This document shows, one piece after another, positions 37,101 through 49,900 of a stretch of DNA of 64,000 nucleotides (position 1 is its first letter; every line of letters begins with the position of its first letter). Origin of the DNA: Eledone cirrhosa. Its lineage: Eukaryota. The position numbers were made by a program, and so were the translations under genes. The DNA lies in NCBI GenBank assembly GCA_964016885.1, contig OZ024742.1, positions 335,048,001 through 335,112,000 of the forward strand, written 5' to 3'. Under the pieces are notes generated by a model. The model ran no database searches. It was given only the letters and a program-made list of their open reading frames with translations, and was not told the DNA's origin.

Positions 37101-40100
37101 TAGAGAAGGGGTGGTAGGTGGTGTTAGAGAAGTGTTGGTAGGTGGTGTTAGAGTAGTGGTGGTAGGTGGTGTTACAATAGTGGTGGTAGGTGGTGTTAGA
37201 GTAGTGGTGGTAGGTGGTGTTAGAGTAGTGGTGGTAGGTGGTGTTACAGTAGTGCTGGTAGGTGGTGTTAGAGAAGTGGTGGTAGGTGGTGTTAGAGTAG
37301 TGGTGGTAGGTGGTGTTAGAGTAGTGGTGGTAGGTGGTATTAGAGAAGTGTTGGTAGGTGGTGTTAGAGAAGTGTTGGTAGGTGGTGTTAGAGTAGTGGT
37401 GGTAGGTGGTGTTACAATAGTGGTGGTAGGTGGTGTTAGAGTAGTGGTGGTAGGTGGTGTTAGAGTAGTGGTGGTAGGTGGTGTTACAGTAGTGCTGGTA
37501 GGTGGTGTTAGAGAAGTGTTGGTAGGTGGTGTTAGAGTAGTGGTGGTAGGTGGTGTTAGAGTAGTGGTGGTAGGTGGTGTTAGAGTAGTGGTGGTAGGTG
37601 GTGTTAGAGTAGTGGTGGTAGGTGGTGTTACAATAGTGGTGGTAGGTGGTGTTAGAGTAGTGGTGGTAGGTGGTGTTAGAGTAGTGGTGGTAGGTGGTGT
37701 TACAGTAGTGCTGGTAGGTGGTGTTAGAGAAGTGGTGGTAGGTGGTGTTAGAGTAGTGGTGGTAGGTGGTGTTAGAGTAGTGGTGGTAGGTGGTGTTAGA
37801 GTAGTGGTGGTAGGTGGTGTTAGAGAACTGGTGGTAGGTGGTGTTAGAGTAGTGGTGGTAGGTGGTGTTAGAGAAGTGGTGGTAGGTGGTGTTAGAGTAG
37901 TGGTGGTAGATGGTGTTAGAGTAGTGGTGGTAGTTGGTGGTAGGTGGTGTTAGAGTAGTGGTGGTAGGTGGTGTTAGAGTAGTGGTGGTAGGTGGTGTTA
38001 GAGTAGTGGTGGTAGTTGGTGGTAGGTGGTGTTAGAGTAGTGGTGGTAGGTGGTGTTAGAGAAGTGTTGGTAGGTGGTGTTAGAGTAGTGGTGGTAGGTG
38101 GTGTTAGAGTAGTGGTGGTAGGTGGTGTTAGAGAACTGGTGGTAGGTGGTGTTAGAGTAGTGGTGGTAGGTGGTGTTAGAGTAGTGGTGGTAGTTGGTGG
38201 TAGGTGGTGTTAGAGTAGTGGTGGTAGGTGGTGTTAGAGAAGTGGTGGTAGGTGGTGTTAGAGTAGTGGTGGTAGGTGGTGTTAGAGTAGTGGTGGTAGT
38301 TGGTGGTAGGTGGTGTTAGAGTAGTGGTGGTAGGTGGTGTTAGAGTAGTGGTGGTAGGTGGTGTTAGAGTAGTGGTGGTAGGTGGTGTTAGAGAAGTGGT
38401 GGTAGGTGGTATTAGAGTAGTGGTGGTAGTTGGTGGTAGGTGGTGTTAGAGTAGTGGTGGTAGGTGGTGTTAGAGTAGTGGTGGTAGGTGGTGTTAGAGT
38501 AGTGGAGGTAGGTGGTGTTAGAGAAGTGGTGGTAGGTGGTGTTAGAGAAGTGGTGGTAGGTGGTGTTAGAGTAGTGGTGGTAGGTGGTGTTAGAGTAGTG
38601 GTGGTTGGTGGTGTTACAGTAGTGGTGGTAGGTGGTGTTAGAGAAGTGGTGGTAGGTGGTGTTACAGTAGTGGTGGTAGGTGGTGTTAGAGTAGTGGTGG
38701 TAGTTGGTGTTAGAGAAGTGGTGGTAGGTGGTGTTAGAGTAGTGGTGGTAGGTGGTGTTAGAGAAGTGGTGGTAGGTGGTGTTACAGTAGTGGTGGTAGG
38801 TGGTGTTAGAGTAGTGGTGGTAGGTGGTGTTAGAGTAGTGGTGGTAGGTGGTGTTAGAGTAGTGGTGGTAGGTGGTGTTAGAGTAGTGGTGGTAGGTGGT
38901 GTTAGAGTAGTGGTGGTAGGTGGTGTTAGAGTAGTGGTGGTAGGTGGTGTTAGAGTAGTGGTGGTAGGTGGTGTTAGAGTAGTGGTGGTAGGTGGTGTTA
39001 GAGTAGTGGTGGTAGGTGGTGTTAGAGTAGTGGTGGTAGGTGGTGTTACAGTAGTGGTGGTAGGTGGTGTTAGAGTAGTGGTGGTAGGTGGTGTTAGAGT
39101 AGTGGTGGTAGGTGGTGTTAGAGTAGTGGTGGTAGGTTGTCTTAGAGTAGTGGTGGTAGGTGGTGTTAGAGAAGTGGTGGTAGGTGGTGTTAGAGTAGTG
39201 GTGGTAGGTGGTGTTAGAGAAGTGGTGGTAGGTGGTGTTAGAGTAGTGGTGGTAGGTGGTGTTAGAGTAGTGGTGGTAGGTGGTGTTAGAGTAGTGGTGG
39301 TAGGTGGTGTTAGAGTAGTGGTGGTAGGTGGTGTTAGAGAAGTGGTGGTAGGTGGTGTTAGAGTAGTGGTGGTAGGTGGTGTTAGAGTAGTGGTGGTAGG
39401 TGGTGTTAGAGTAGTGGTGGTAGGTGGTGTTAGAGTAGTGGTGGTAGGTGGTGTTAGAGAAGTGGTGGTAGATGGTGTTAGAGTAGTGGTGGTAGGTGGT
39501 GTTACAGTAGTGGTGGTAGTTGGTGTTACAGTTATGGTGGTAGGTTGTGTTAGAGTAGTGGTGGTAGGTGGTGTTTAGTATTGGTGGTAGGTGGTGTTAG
39601 AGTAGTGGTGGTAGGTGGTGTTTAGTAGTGGTGGTAGGTTGTGTTAGAGTAGTGGTGGTAGGTGGTGTTAGAGTAGTGGTGGTAGGTGGTGTTTAGTATA
39701 GGTGGTAGGTGGTGTTAGAGTAGTGGTGGTAGGTGGTGTTAGAGTAGTGGTGGTAGGTGGTGTTAGAGAAGTGTTGGTAGGTGGTGTTAGAGTAGTGGTG
39801 GTAGGTGGTGTTAGAGTAGTGGTGGTAGGTGGTGTTTAGTAGTGGTGGTAGGTGGTGTTAGAGTAGAGGTGGTAGGTGGTGTTAGAGAAGTGTTGGTAGG
39901 TGGTGTTAGAGTAGTGGTGGTAGGTGGTGTTAGAGTAGTGGTGGTAGGTGGTGTTTAGTAGTGGTGGTAGGTGGTGTTAGAGTAGTGATGGTAGGTCGTG
40001 CTAGAGAAGTGATGGTAGGTGGTTTTACAGTAGTGGTGGTAGGTGGTGTTACAGTAGTGGTGGTAGGTGGTGTTAGAGTAGTGGTGGTAGGTGGTGTTAC

Positions 40101-40187
40101 AGTAGTGGTGGTAGGTGATGTTACAGTAGTGGTGGTAGGTGATGTTACAGTAGTGGTGGTAGGTGATGTTACAGTAGTGGTGGTAGG
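19111..40187 (+). repeat. ~21 kb satellite, 24-bp unit AGAGTAGTGGTGGTAGGTGGTGTT (~880 copies)
   Basis: 8-codon periodicity (VRVVVVGG), variants AGAGAA/ACAGTA/AAAGTA, and scattered indels that break the reading frames. Confidence 0.98.
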
Positions 40188-40280
40188 AGAGTGTATTTCA
40201 TTTAGTTAATTCCTTGAAACGAAATAAAATCTTTCTAAATTTAAGGAGTTAAGCGGATCCTATTTTGAAAAATAATTTTG

Positions 40281-43200
40281 ATGTTGTATTGGTGAGAGTG
40301 TGGTGTGGTGTTGTGTGGTCTGGTGTAGTGTTGTATTGGTGAGAGTGTGGTGTGGTGTGATGTGGTGTGGTCTGGTGTGGTGTAGTGTTGTATTGGTGAG
40401 AGTGTGGTCTGGTGTGGTGTGATGTGGTGTGGTGTAGTGTTGTATTGGTGAGAGTGTGGTGTGGTGTGGTGTGGTGTGGTGTGGTGTGGTGTGGTGTGGT
40501 GTAGTGTTGTATTGGTGAGAGTGTGGTCTGGTGTGGTGTGGTGTGGTGTGGTGTGGTGTGGTGTGTGTGGTGTAGTGTTGTATTGGTGAGAGTGTGGTGT
40601 GGTGTGGTGTGGTGTGGTGTGGTGTGGTGTGGTTTGGTGTGGCGTGGTGTGGTGTAGTGTTGTATTGGTGAGAGTTTGGTGTCGTGTGGTGTGGCATGGT
40701 GTGGTGTGGTGTGGTGTAGTGTTGTATTGGTGAGAGTTTGGTGTGGTGTGGTGTGGTGTGGTTTGGTGTGGCGTGGTGTGGTCTAGTGTTGTATTGGTGA
40801 GAGTTTGGTGTGATGTGGTGTGGCGTGGTGTGGTGTGGTGTGGTGTGGTGTAGTGTTGTATTCGTGAGAGTGTGGTGTGGTTTGGTGGGGTGTGGTGTGG
40901 TGTGGTTTGGTGTGGTGTGGTGTGGTGTGGTTTGGTGTGGTGTGGCGTGGTGTGGTGTGGTGTAGTGTTGTATTCGTGAGAGTGTGGTGTGGTTTGGTGG
41001 GGTGTGGTGTGGTGTGGTTTGGTGGGGTGTGGTGTGGTGTGGTTTGGTGTGGTGTGGCGTGGTGTGGTGTAGTGTTGTATTGGTGAGAGTTTGGTGTGGT
41101 GTGGTGTGGCGTGGTGTGGTGTGGTGTGGTGTGGTGTAGTGTAGTGTTGTATTGGTGAGAGTTTGGTGTGGTGGGCTGTGGTGTGGTGTGGTTTGGTGTG
41201 GTGTGGCGTGGTGTGGTGTAGTGTTGTATTGGTGAGAGTTTGGTGTGGTGTGGTGTGGTTTGGTGTGGCGTGGTGTGGTCTAGTGTTGTATTGGTGAGAG
41301 TTTGGTGTGGTGTGGTGTGGCGTGGTGTGGTGTGGTGTGGTGTGGTCTGGTGTGGTGTGGTGTGGTGTAGTGTTGTATTCGTGAGAGTGTGGTGTGGTTT
41401 GGTGGGGTGTGGTGTGGTGTGGTTTGGTGTGGTGTGGCGTGGTGTGGTGTAGTGTTGTATTGGTGAGAGTTTGGTGTGGTGTGGTGTGGCGTGGTGTGGT
41501 GTGGTGTGGTGTGGTGTAGTGTAGTGTTGTATTGGTGAGAGTTTGGTGTGGTGGGCTGTGGTGTGGTGTGGTGTGGTGTAGTGTTGTATTGGTGAGAGTG
41601 TGGTGTGGTCTCGTGTGGTGGGGTGTGGTGTGGTGTGGTGTCGTGTGGCGTGGTGTGGTGTAGTGTTGTATTGGTGAGAGTGTGGTGTGGTCTCGTGTGG
41701 TGGGGTGTGGTGTGGTGTGGTGTCGTGTGGTGTGGTGTGGTGTAGTGTTGTATTGGTGAGAGTGTGGTGTGGTCTCGTGTGGTGGGGTGTGGTGTGGTGT
41801 GGTGTCGTGTGGCGTGGTGTGGTGTAGTGTTGTATTGGTGAGAGTGTGGTGGGGTGTGGTGTGGTGTGGTGTGATGTGGTGTGGTGTGGTGTGGTCTGGT
41901 GTGGCGTGGTGTCGTGTAGTGTCGTATTGGTGAGAGTGTGGTGTGGTGTGTTGTTGTGTGGTGTGGTGTGGTGTGGCGTGGTGTTGTGTAGTTTTGTATT
42001 GCTGAGAGTGTGGTGTTGTGTGGTGTGGTGTGGTGTGGTGTGGTGTGGTGTGGTGTGGTGTGGTGTGGTGTGGCGTGGTGTGGTGTAGTGTTGTATTGGT
42101 GAGAGTGTGGTGTGGTGTGGTTTGGTGTGGTGTAGTATTATATTGGTGAGAGTGTGGTGTGGTGTGGTGTGGCGTGCTCTGGTGTGGTGTTGTATTGGTG
42201 AGAGTGTGGTGTGGCGTGGCGTGGTGTGATGTCGTGTAGTGTGGTGTGGTGTGGCGTGGTGTGGTGTAGTGTCGTATTGCGGGAGTGTGGTGTGGTGTTG
42301 TGTGGTGTGGCGTGCTGTGGTGTGGTGTGGTGTAGTGTGGTGTAGTGTTGTATTGCTGAGAGTGTGGTGTAGTGTGGCGTGGTGTGGTGTTGTATTGGTG
42401 AGTGTCGTGTGATGTGGTGTAGTGTTGTATAGTGTGATGTGGCGTGATATGGTGTGGTGTGGCTATGCTGTGGGATGTCGTGGTGTGGTGTTGGATGTCG
42501 GGGTGTGGTGTGGTGTGGTGTGGTATGACGTGGTGTGATGTGTGTGGTTGGTTGGAGTGGAGTGGTGTAGTATGGTCTGGTGTGGTGTAGTATGGTGTGG
42601 TATGGCATGGTGTGTTAGGTGTAGTATGGTGTGGTGTGGTGTATTATGGTATGGTGTGATGTGGTATGGTATGGTGTGGTGTGGTGTGGTGTGGTGTGGT
42701 GTGGTGTAGTGTTGTATTCGTGAGAGTGTGGTGTGGTTTGGTGGGGTGTGGTGTGGTGTGGTTTGGTGTGGTGTGGCGTGGTGTGGTGTAGTGTTGTATT
42801 GGTGAGAGTTTGGTGTGGTGTGGTGTGGCGTGGTGTGGTGTGGTGTGGTGTGGTGTAGTGTAGTGTTGTATTGGTGAGAGTTTGGTGTGGTGGGCTGTGG
42901 TGTGGTGTGGTGTGGTGTAGTGTTGTATTGGTGAGAGTGTGGTGTGGTCTCGTGTGGTGGGGTGTGGTGTGGTGTGGTGTCGTGTGGCGTGGTGTGGTGT
43001 AGTGTTGTATTGGTGAGAGTGTGGTGTGGTCTCGTGTGGTGGGGTGTGGTGTGGTGTGGTGTCGTGTGGTGTGGTATGGTGTAGTGTTGTATTGGTGAGA
43101 GTGTGGTGTGGTCTCGTGTGGTGGGGTGTGGTGTGGTGTGGTGTCGTGTGGCGTGGTGTGGTGTAGTGTTGTATTGGTGAGAGTGTGGTGGGGTGTGGTG

Positions 43201-43900
43201 TGGTGTGGTGTGATGTGGTGTGGTGTGGTGTGGTCTGGTGTGGCGTGGTGTCGTGTAGTGTCGTATTGGTGAGAGTGTGGTGTGGTGTGTTGTTGTGTGG
43301 TGTGGTGTGGTGTGGCGTGGTGTTGTGTAGTTTTGTATTGGTGAGAGTGTGGTGTTGTGTGGTGTGGTGTGGTGTGGTGTGGTGTGGTGTGGTGTGGTGT
43401 GGTGTGGCGTGGTGTGGTGTAGTGTTGTATTGGTGAGAGTGTGGTGTGGTGTGGTTTGGTGTGGTGTAGTATTGTATTGGTGAGAGTGTGGTGTGGTGTG
43501 GTGTGGCGTGCTCTGGTGTGGTGTTGTATTGGTGAGAGTGTGGTGTGGCGTGGCGTGGTGTGATGTCGTGTAGTGTGGTGTGGTGTGGCGTGGTGTGGTG
43601 TAGTGTCGTATTGCGGGAGTGTGGTGTGGTGTTGTGTGGTGTGGCGTGCTGTGGTGTGGTGTGGTGTAGTGTTGTATTGCTGAGAGTGTGGTGTAGTGTG
43701 GCGTGGTGTGGTGTTGTATTGGTGAGTGTCGTGTGATGTGGTGTAGTGTTGTATAGTGTGATGTGGCGTGATATGGTGTGGTGTGGCTATGCTGTGGGAT
43801 GTCGTGGTGTGGTGTTGGATGTCGGGGTGTGGTGTGATGTGGTGTGGTATGACGTGGTGTGATGTGTGTGGTTGGTTGGAGTGGAGTGGTATGGTAATGG
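40281..43900 (+). repeat. (GGTGT)n array punctuated by the marker AGTGTTGTATTGGTGAGAGT
   Basis: The marker recurs every ~45-100 bp, separated by variable numbers of GGTGT pentamers. Confidence 0.93.
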
Positions 43901-46900
43901 TGTGGTGTGGTGTGGTGTAGTATGGTCTGGTGTGGTGTAGTATGGTGTGGTATGGCATGGTGTGTTAGGTGTAGTATGGTGTGGTATGGTATGGTGTGGT
44001 GTGGTGTATTATGGTATGGTGTGATGTGGTATGGTATGGTGTGGTGTGGTGTGGTGTGGTGTGGTGTGGTATGGTATGGTGTGGTGTGGTATGGTATGGT
44101 GTGATGTGGTATGATATGGTGTGGTGTGGTGTGGTTTGGTGTGGTATGGTATGGTATGGTGTGGTGTGGCGTGGTGTGGTGTAGTATGGTCTGGTGTGGT
44201 GTAGTATGGTGTGGTATGGCATGGTGTGTTAGGTGTAGTATGGTGTGGTATGGTATGGTGTGGTATGGTATGGCATGGTGTGGTGTGGTATGGTGTGATG
44301 TGGTGTGGTATGGTGTAGTGTGGTGTGGTATGGTGTGGTGTGGTATGGTGTGGTGTGGTGTGGTATGGTGTGGTATGGTATGTTATGGTGTGTTATGGTA
44401 TGGTATTGTATGGTGTGGTGTGGTGTGGTATGGTGTGGTATGGTATGGTGTGGTATGGTATGGTATGGTGTGGTATGGTGTGGTATGGTGTGGTGTGGTA
44501 TGGTGTGGTATGGTATGGTGTGGTGTGGTATGGTATGGTGTGGTGTTGTGTGGTATGATGTGGTATGGTATGGTGTGGTATGGTATGGTGTGGTGTTGTT
44601 TGGTGTGGTATGGTATGGTATGGTGTGGTGTGGTTTGGTGTGGTATGGTATGGTATGGTGTGGTGTGGTTTGGCGTGGTATGGTATGGTGTGGTATGGTA
44701 TGGTGTGGTGTGGTGTGGTGTGGTATGGTATGGTATGGTGTGGTGTGGTATGGTATGGTGTGGTGTGGTGTGGTTTGGTGTGGTTTGTATGGTGTGGTGT
44801 GGTTTTCTGTTATGGTATTGCATGGTGTGGTATGGTATGGTGTGGTATGGTGTGGTGTGGTGTGGTATGGTATGGTATGGTGTGGTATGGTGTGGTATGG
44901 TGTGGTGTGGTATGGTATGGTATGGTATGGTGTGGTTTGGTGTGGTATGGTATGGTATGGTGTGGTATGGTATGGTATGGTGTGGTATGGTATGGTATCG
45001 TGTGGTGTGGTATGGTGTGGTGTTGTATGGTATGGTATGGTGTGGTATGGTGTGGTGTGGTAGGGTATGATGTGGTATGGTATGGTGTGGTGTGGTATGT
45101 TATGTGTGGTGTGGTATGGTGTGGTGTGATATGGTATGGTGTGGTGTGGTGTGGTATGGTATGGTGTGGTATGGTGTTGTGTGTTTTGGTGTCGTATGGT
45201 ATGGTATGGTGTGGTATGGTATGGTGTGGTATGGTATGGTATGGTATGGTGTTGTGTGGTATTGTGTGATGTGGTATGGTATGGTATGGTGTGGTATGGT
45301 GTGGTATGGTGTGGTGTGATATGGTATGGTATGGTGTGGTATGGTGTGGTGTGGTAGGGTATGGTGTGGTATGGTATGGTATGGTGTGGTATGGTATGGT
45401 GTGGTATGGTATGGTAAGGTGTGGTATGGTATGGTGTCGTATGGTATGGTGTGGTATGGTATGGTATGGTGTGGTGTGGTGTGGTATGGTTTGGTGTGGT
45501 ATGGTATGGTGTGGTATGGTATGGTGTGGTGTGGTATGGTATGGTGTGGTGCGGTGTGGTGTGGTGCGGTGTGGTATGGTGTGGTGTGATATGGTATGGT
45601 GTGGTGTGGTATGGTATGGTGTGGTGTGGTATGGTATGGTGTGGTATGGTTATGGTATGGTATGGTGTGGTATGGTATGGTGTGGTGTGGTATGGTATGG
45701 TGTGGTATGGTTTGGTATGGTGTGGTATGGTATGGTGTGGTATGGTATGGTGTGGTGTCGTGTGGTGTGGTGTGGTATGGTATGGTGTCGTATGGTATGG
45801 TATGGTGTGCTATGGTATGGTATGGTGTGGTATGGTATGGTATGGTATGGTATGGTGTGGTATGGTATGGTATGGTGTGGTATGGCATGGTGTGGTGTGG
45901 TATGGTGTCGTATGGTGTGGTATGGTGTGGTATGGTATGGTATGGTATGGTGTGGTATGGTATGTATGGTGTGGTATGGTATGCTGTGGTGTGGTATGGT
46001 GTGGTGTGGTATGGTATGGTATGCTATGGTGTGGTATGGTTTGGTGTGATATGGTATGGTGTGGTTTGGTGTGGTATGGTATGGTGTGGTATGGTGTGGT
46101 ATGGTGTGGTATGGTGTGGTATGGCATAGTGTGGTGTGGTATGGTGTGGTATGGTGTGGTGTGGCATGTCATGGTGTGGTATGGTGTGGTATGGTGTGGT
46201 GTGGTATGGTATGGTGTGGTATGGTGTGGTATGATGTGGTGTTGTATGGTGTGATATGGTGTGGTGTGGTATGATCTGATGTGGTGTGGTGTGGTACGGT
46301 ATGGTATGGTATGGTGTGGTATGGTATGGTGTGGTATGGTATGGTGTTGTATGGTATGGTATGGTATGGTGTGGTATGGTGTGGTGTGGTATGGTATGGT
46401 ATGGTATGGTGTGGTATGGTGTGGTGTGGTAGGGTATGTTGTGGTATGGTATGGTATGGTATGGTGTGGTATGGTATGATATGGTGTGGTATGGTATGGT
46501 AAGGTGTGGTATGGTATGGTGTCGTATGGTATTGTGTGGTATGGTATGGTATTGTGTGGTGTGGTGTGGTATGGTATGGTGTGGTATGGTATGGTGTGGT
46601 GTGGTATGGTGTGGTGTGGTGCGGTGTGGTGTGGTGTGATGCGGTGTGGTATGGTGTGGTGTGGTATGGTATGGTGTGGTTTGGTATGGTATGGTGTGGT
46701 GTGGTATGGTATGGTATGGTATGGTATGGTATGATATGGTGTGGTATGGTATGGTGTGGTATGGTGTGGTATGGTATGGTATGGTGTGGTATGGTGTGGT
46801 ATGGTATGGTATGGTGTGGTGTGGTATGGTATGGTGTGGTATGGTATGGTATGGTGTGGTGTGGTATGGTATGGTGTGGTGTGGTATGGTATGGTGTCGT

Positions 46901-49900
46901 ATGGTATGGTATGGTGTGCCATGGTATGGTATGGTGTGGTATGGTATGGTGTGGTATGGTATGGTGTGGTGTGGTATGGTGTGGTATGGTGTGGTATGGT
47001 GTGGTATGTTATGGTATGGTGTGGTACGGTATGTATGGTGTGGTATGGTATGGTGTGGTATGGTGTGGTGTGGTATGGTATGGTATGGTGTGGTGTGGTT
47101 TGGTGTGATCTGGTATGGTGTGGTTTGGTGTGGTATGGTATGGTATAGTGTGGTGTGGTATGGTATAGTGTGGTGTGGTATGGTGTGGTATGGTGTGGTA
47201 TGGTATGGTGTTGTATGGTGTGGTATGGTGTGGTGTGGTATGGTATGGTGTGGTATGGTGTGGTATGGTATGGTGTGGTTTGGTGTGGTGTGGTATGGTA
47301 TGGTGTGGTATGGTGTGGTATGGTGTGGTATGGTGTGATATGGTATGGTGTAGTATGGTATTGTGTGGTGTGGTGTGGTATGATCTGATGTGGTGTGGTG
47401 TGGTATGGTATGGTATGGTATGGTGTGGTGTGGTATGGTATGGTGTGGTATGGTGTGGTATGGTGTAGTGTGGTGTGGTATGGTGTGGTGCGGTATGGTA
47501 TGGTGTGGTGTGGTGTGGTGTGGTGTGGTATGGTATGGTGTCGTATGGTATGGTATGGTGTGCCATGGTATGGTATGGTGTGGTATGGTATGGTGTGGTA
47601 TGGTATGGTGTGGTGTGGTATGGTGTGGTATGGTGTGGTATGGTGTGGTATGGTATGGTATGGTATGGTGTGGTACGGTATGTATGGTGTGGTATGGTGT
47701 GGTATGGTGTGGTGTAGTATGGTATGGTATGGTGTGGTGTGGTTTGGTGTGATATGGTATGGTGTGGTTTGGTGTGATATGGTATGGTATAGTGTGGTGT
47801 GGTATGGTATAGTGTGGTGTGGTATGGTGTGATATGGTGTGGTGTGGTATGGTATGGTGTGGTATGGTGTGGTATGGTGTTGTGTGGTATGGTGTGGTAT
47901 GGTGTGGTGTGGTATGATATGGTGTGGTATGGTGTAGTATGGTGTGGTGTGGTATGGTGTGATATGGTGTGGTGTGGTATGATCTGATGTGGTGTGGTGT
48001 GGTACGGTATGGTATGGTGTGGTATGGTATGGTGTGGTGTGGTATGGTATGGTGTGGTATGGTATAGTATGGTATGGTGTGGTATGGTTTGGTGTGGTAT
48101 GGTATGGTATGGTGTGGTATGGTGTGGTGTGGTAGGGTATGTTGTGGTATGGTATGGTATGGTATGGTGTGGTATGGTATGGTATGGTGTGGTACGGTAT
48201 GGTAAGCTGTAGTATGGTATGGTGTCGTATGGTATGGTGTGGTATGCTATGGTATTGTGTGGTGTGGTGTGGTATGGTATGGTGTTGTATGGTATGGTGT
48301 GGTGTGGTATGGTATGGTGTGGTGTGGTGTGGTGCGGTGTGGTGTGGTGTGATGCGGTGTGGTATGGTGTGGTGTGGTATGGTATGGTGTGGTGTGGTAT
48401 GGTATGGTGTGGTGTGGTATGGTATGGTGTGGTATGGTATGGTATGATATGATATGGTGTGGTATGGTGTGGTGTGGTGTGGTATGGTATGGTGTGGTAT
48501 GGTATGGTATGGTGTGGTATGGTGTGGTATGGTATGAGTGTGGTGTGGTATGGTATGGTGTGGTATGGTATGGTATGGTGTGGTATGGTATGGTGTGGTG
48601 TGGTATGGTATGGTGTGGTGTGGTGCGGAGTGGTGTGGTGCGGTGTGGTATGGTGTGGTGTGGTATGGTATTGTGTGGTGTGGTATGGTATGGTGTGGTA
48701 TGGTATGGTGTGGTATGGTTATGGTATGGTGTGGTGTGGTATGGTATGGTGTTGTGTGGTATGGTATGGTGTGGTATGGTATGGTGCGGTGTGGTATGGT
48801 ATGGTGTGGTATGGTATGGTGTGGTATGGTATGGTGTGGTGTGGTGTGGTGTGGTGTGGTGTGGTATGGTATCGTGTCGTATGGTATGGTATGGTGTGCT
48901 ATGGTATGGTATGGTGTGGTATGGTATGGTGTGGTATGGTATGGTGTGGTATGGCATGGTGTGGTGTGGTATCGTGTGGTATGGTGTGGTATGGTGTGGT
49001 ATGGTATGGTATGGTATGGTGTGGTATGGTATGTATGGTGTGGTATGGTATGGTGTGGTATGGTGTGGTGTGGTATGGTATGGTATGGTGTGGTATGGTT
49101 TGGTGTGATATGGTATGGTGTGGTTTGGTGTGGTATGGTATGGTGTGGTATGGTGTGGTATGGTATAGTGTGGTGTGGTATGGTGTGGTATGGTGTGGTG
49201 TGGCATGTTATGGTGTGGTATGGTGTGGTATGGTGTGATGTGGTATGGTATGGTGTGGTATGGTGTGGTATGGTGTGGTGTGGTATGGTGTGATATGGTG
49301 TGGTGTTGTATGATCTGATGTGGTGTGGTGTGGTACGGTATGGTATGGTATGGTGTGGTGTGGTGTGGTATCGTATGGTGTGGTGTGGTATGGTATGGTG
49401 TGTTATGGTGTGGTATGGTGTAGTGTGGTGTGGTATGGTATGGTATGGTATGTTATGGTGTGGTATGGTGTGATATGGTGTGATATAGTATGGTGTGGTA
49501 TGTTGTGGTATGGTGTGGTATGGCGTGGTGTGGTATGGCGTGATATGGTATGGTGTAGTATGGTGTGGTGTGGTGTGGTATGATCTGATGTGGTGTGGTG
49601 TGACGTCGCATAGTGTGGTGTGGTATGGTATGGTGTGGTGTGGTATGGTATGGTGTGGTATGGTGTGGTATGGTGTAGTGTGGTGTAGTATGGTATGGTA
49701 TGTTATGGTGTGGTATGGTGTGATATGGTGTGATATAGTATGGTGTGGTATGTTGTGGTATGGTGTGGTATGGCGTGGTGTGGTATGGTGTGGTATGGTA
49801 TGGTGTGGTATGGTGTGGTATGGTGTGGTATGGTATGGTGTGGTATGGTATAGTACGGTGTGGTTTGGTGTGGTATGGTATGGTATGGTGTGGTGTGGTA

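Noticed and set aside
19111-40187. Telomeric or subtelomeric repeat (TTAG within the unit)
   Set aside because: No (TTAGGG)n runs, and the array is interstitial with ordinary TE-rich flanks.
18921-40209. Very long Val/Gly-rich ORFs (+) and a mucin-like TPPTTTTL frame (-)
   Set aside because: By-products of a 24-bp unit. Frequent frame-breaking indels, no signal peptide or unique domains, and no evident splice context.
40281-43900. CRISPR-like appearance (constant ~20-bp marker with variable intervals)
   Set aside because: The intervals are GGTGT multimers rather than unique spacers. No cas genes, and the context is eukaryotic.
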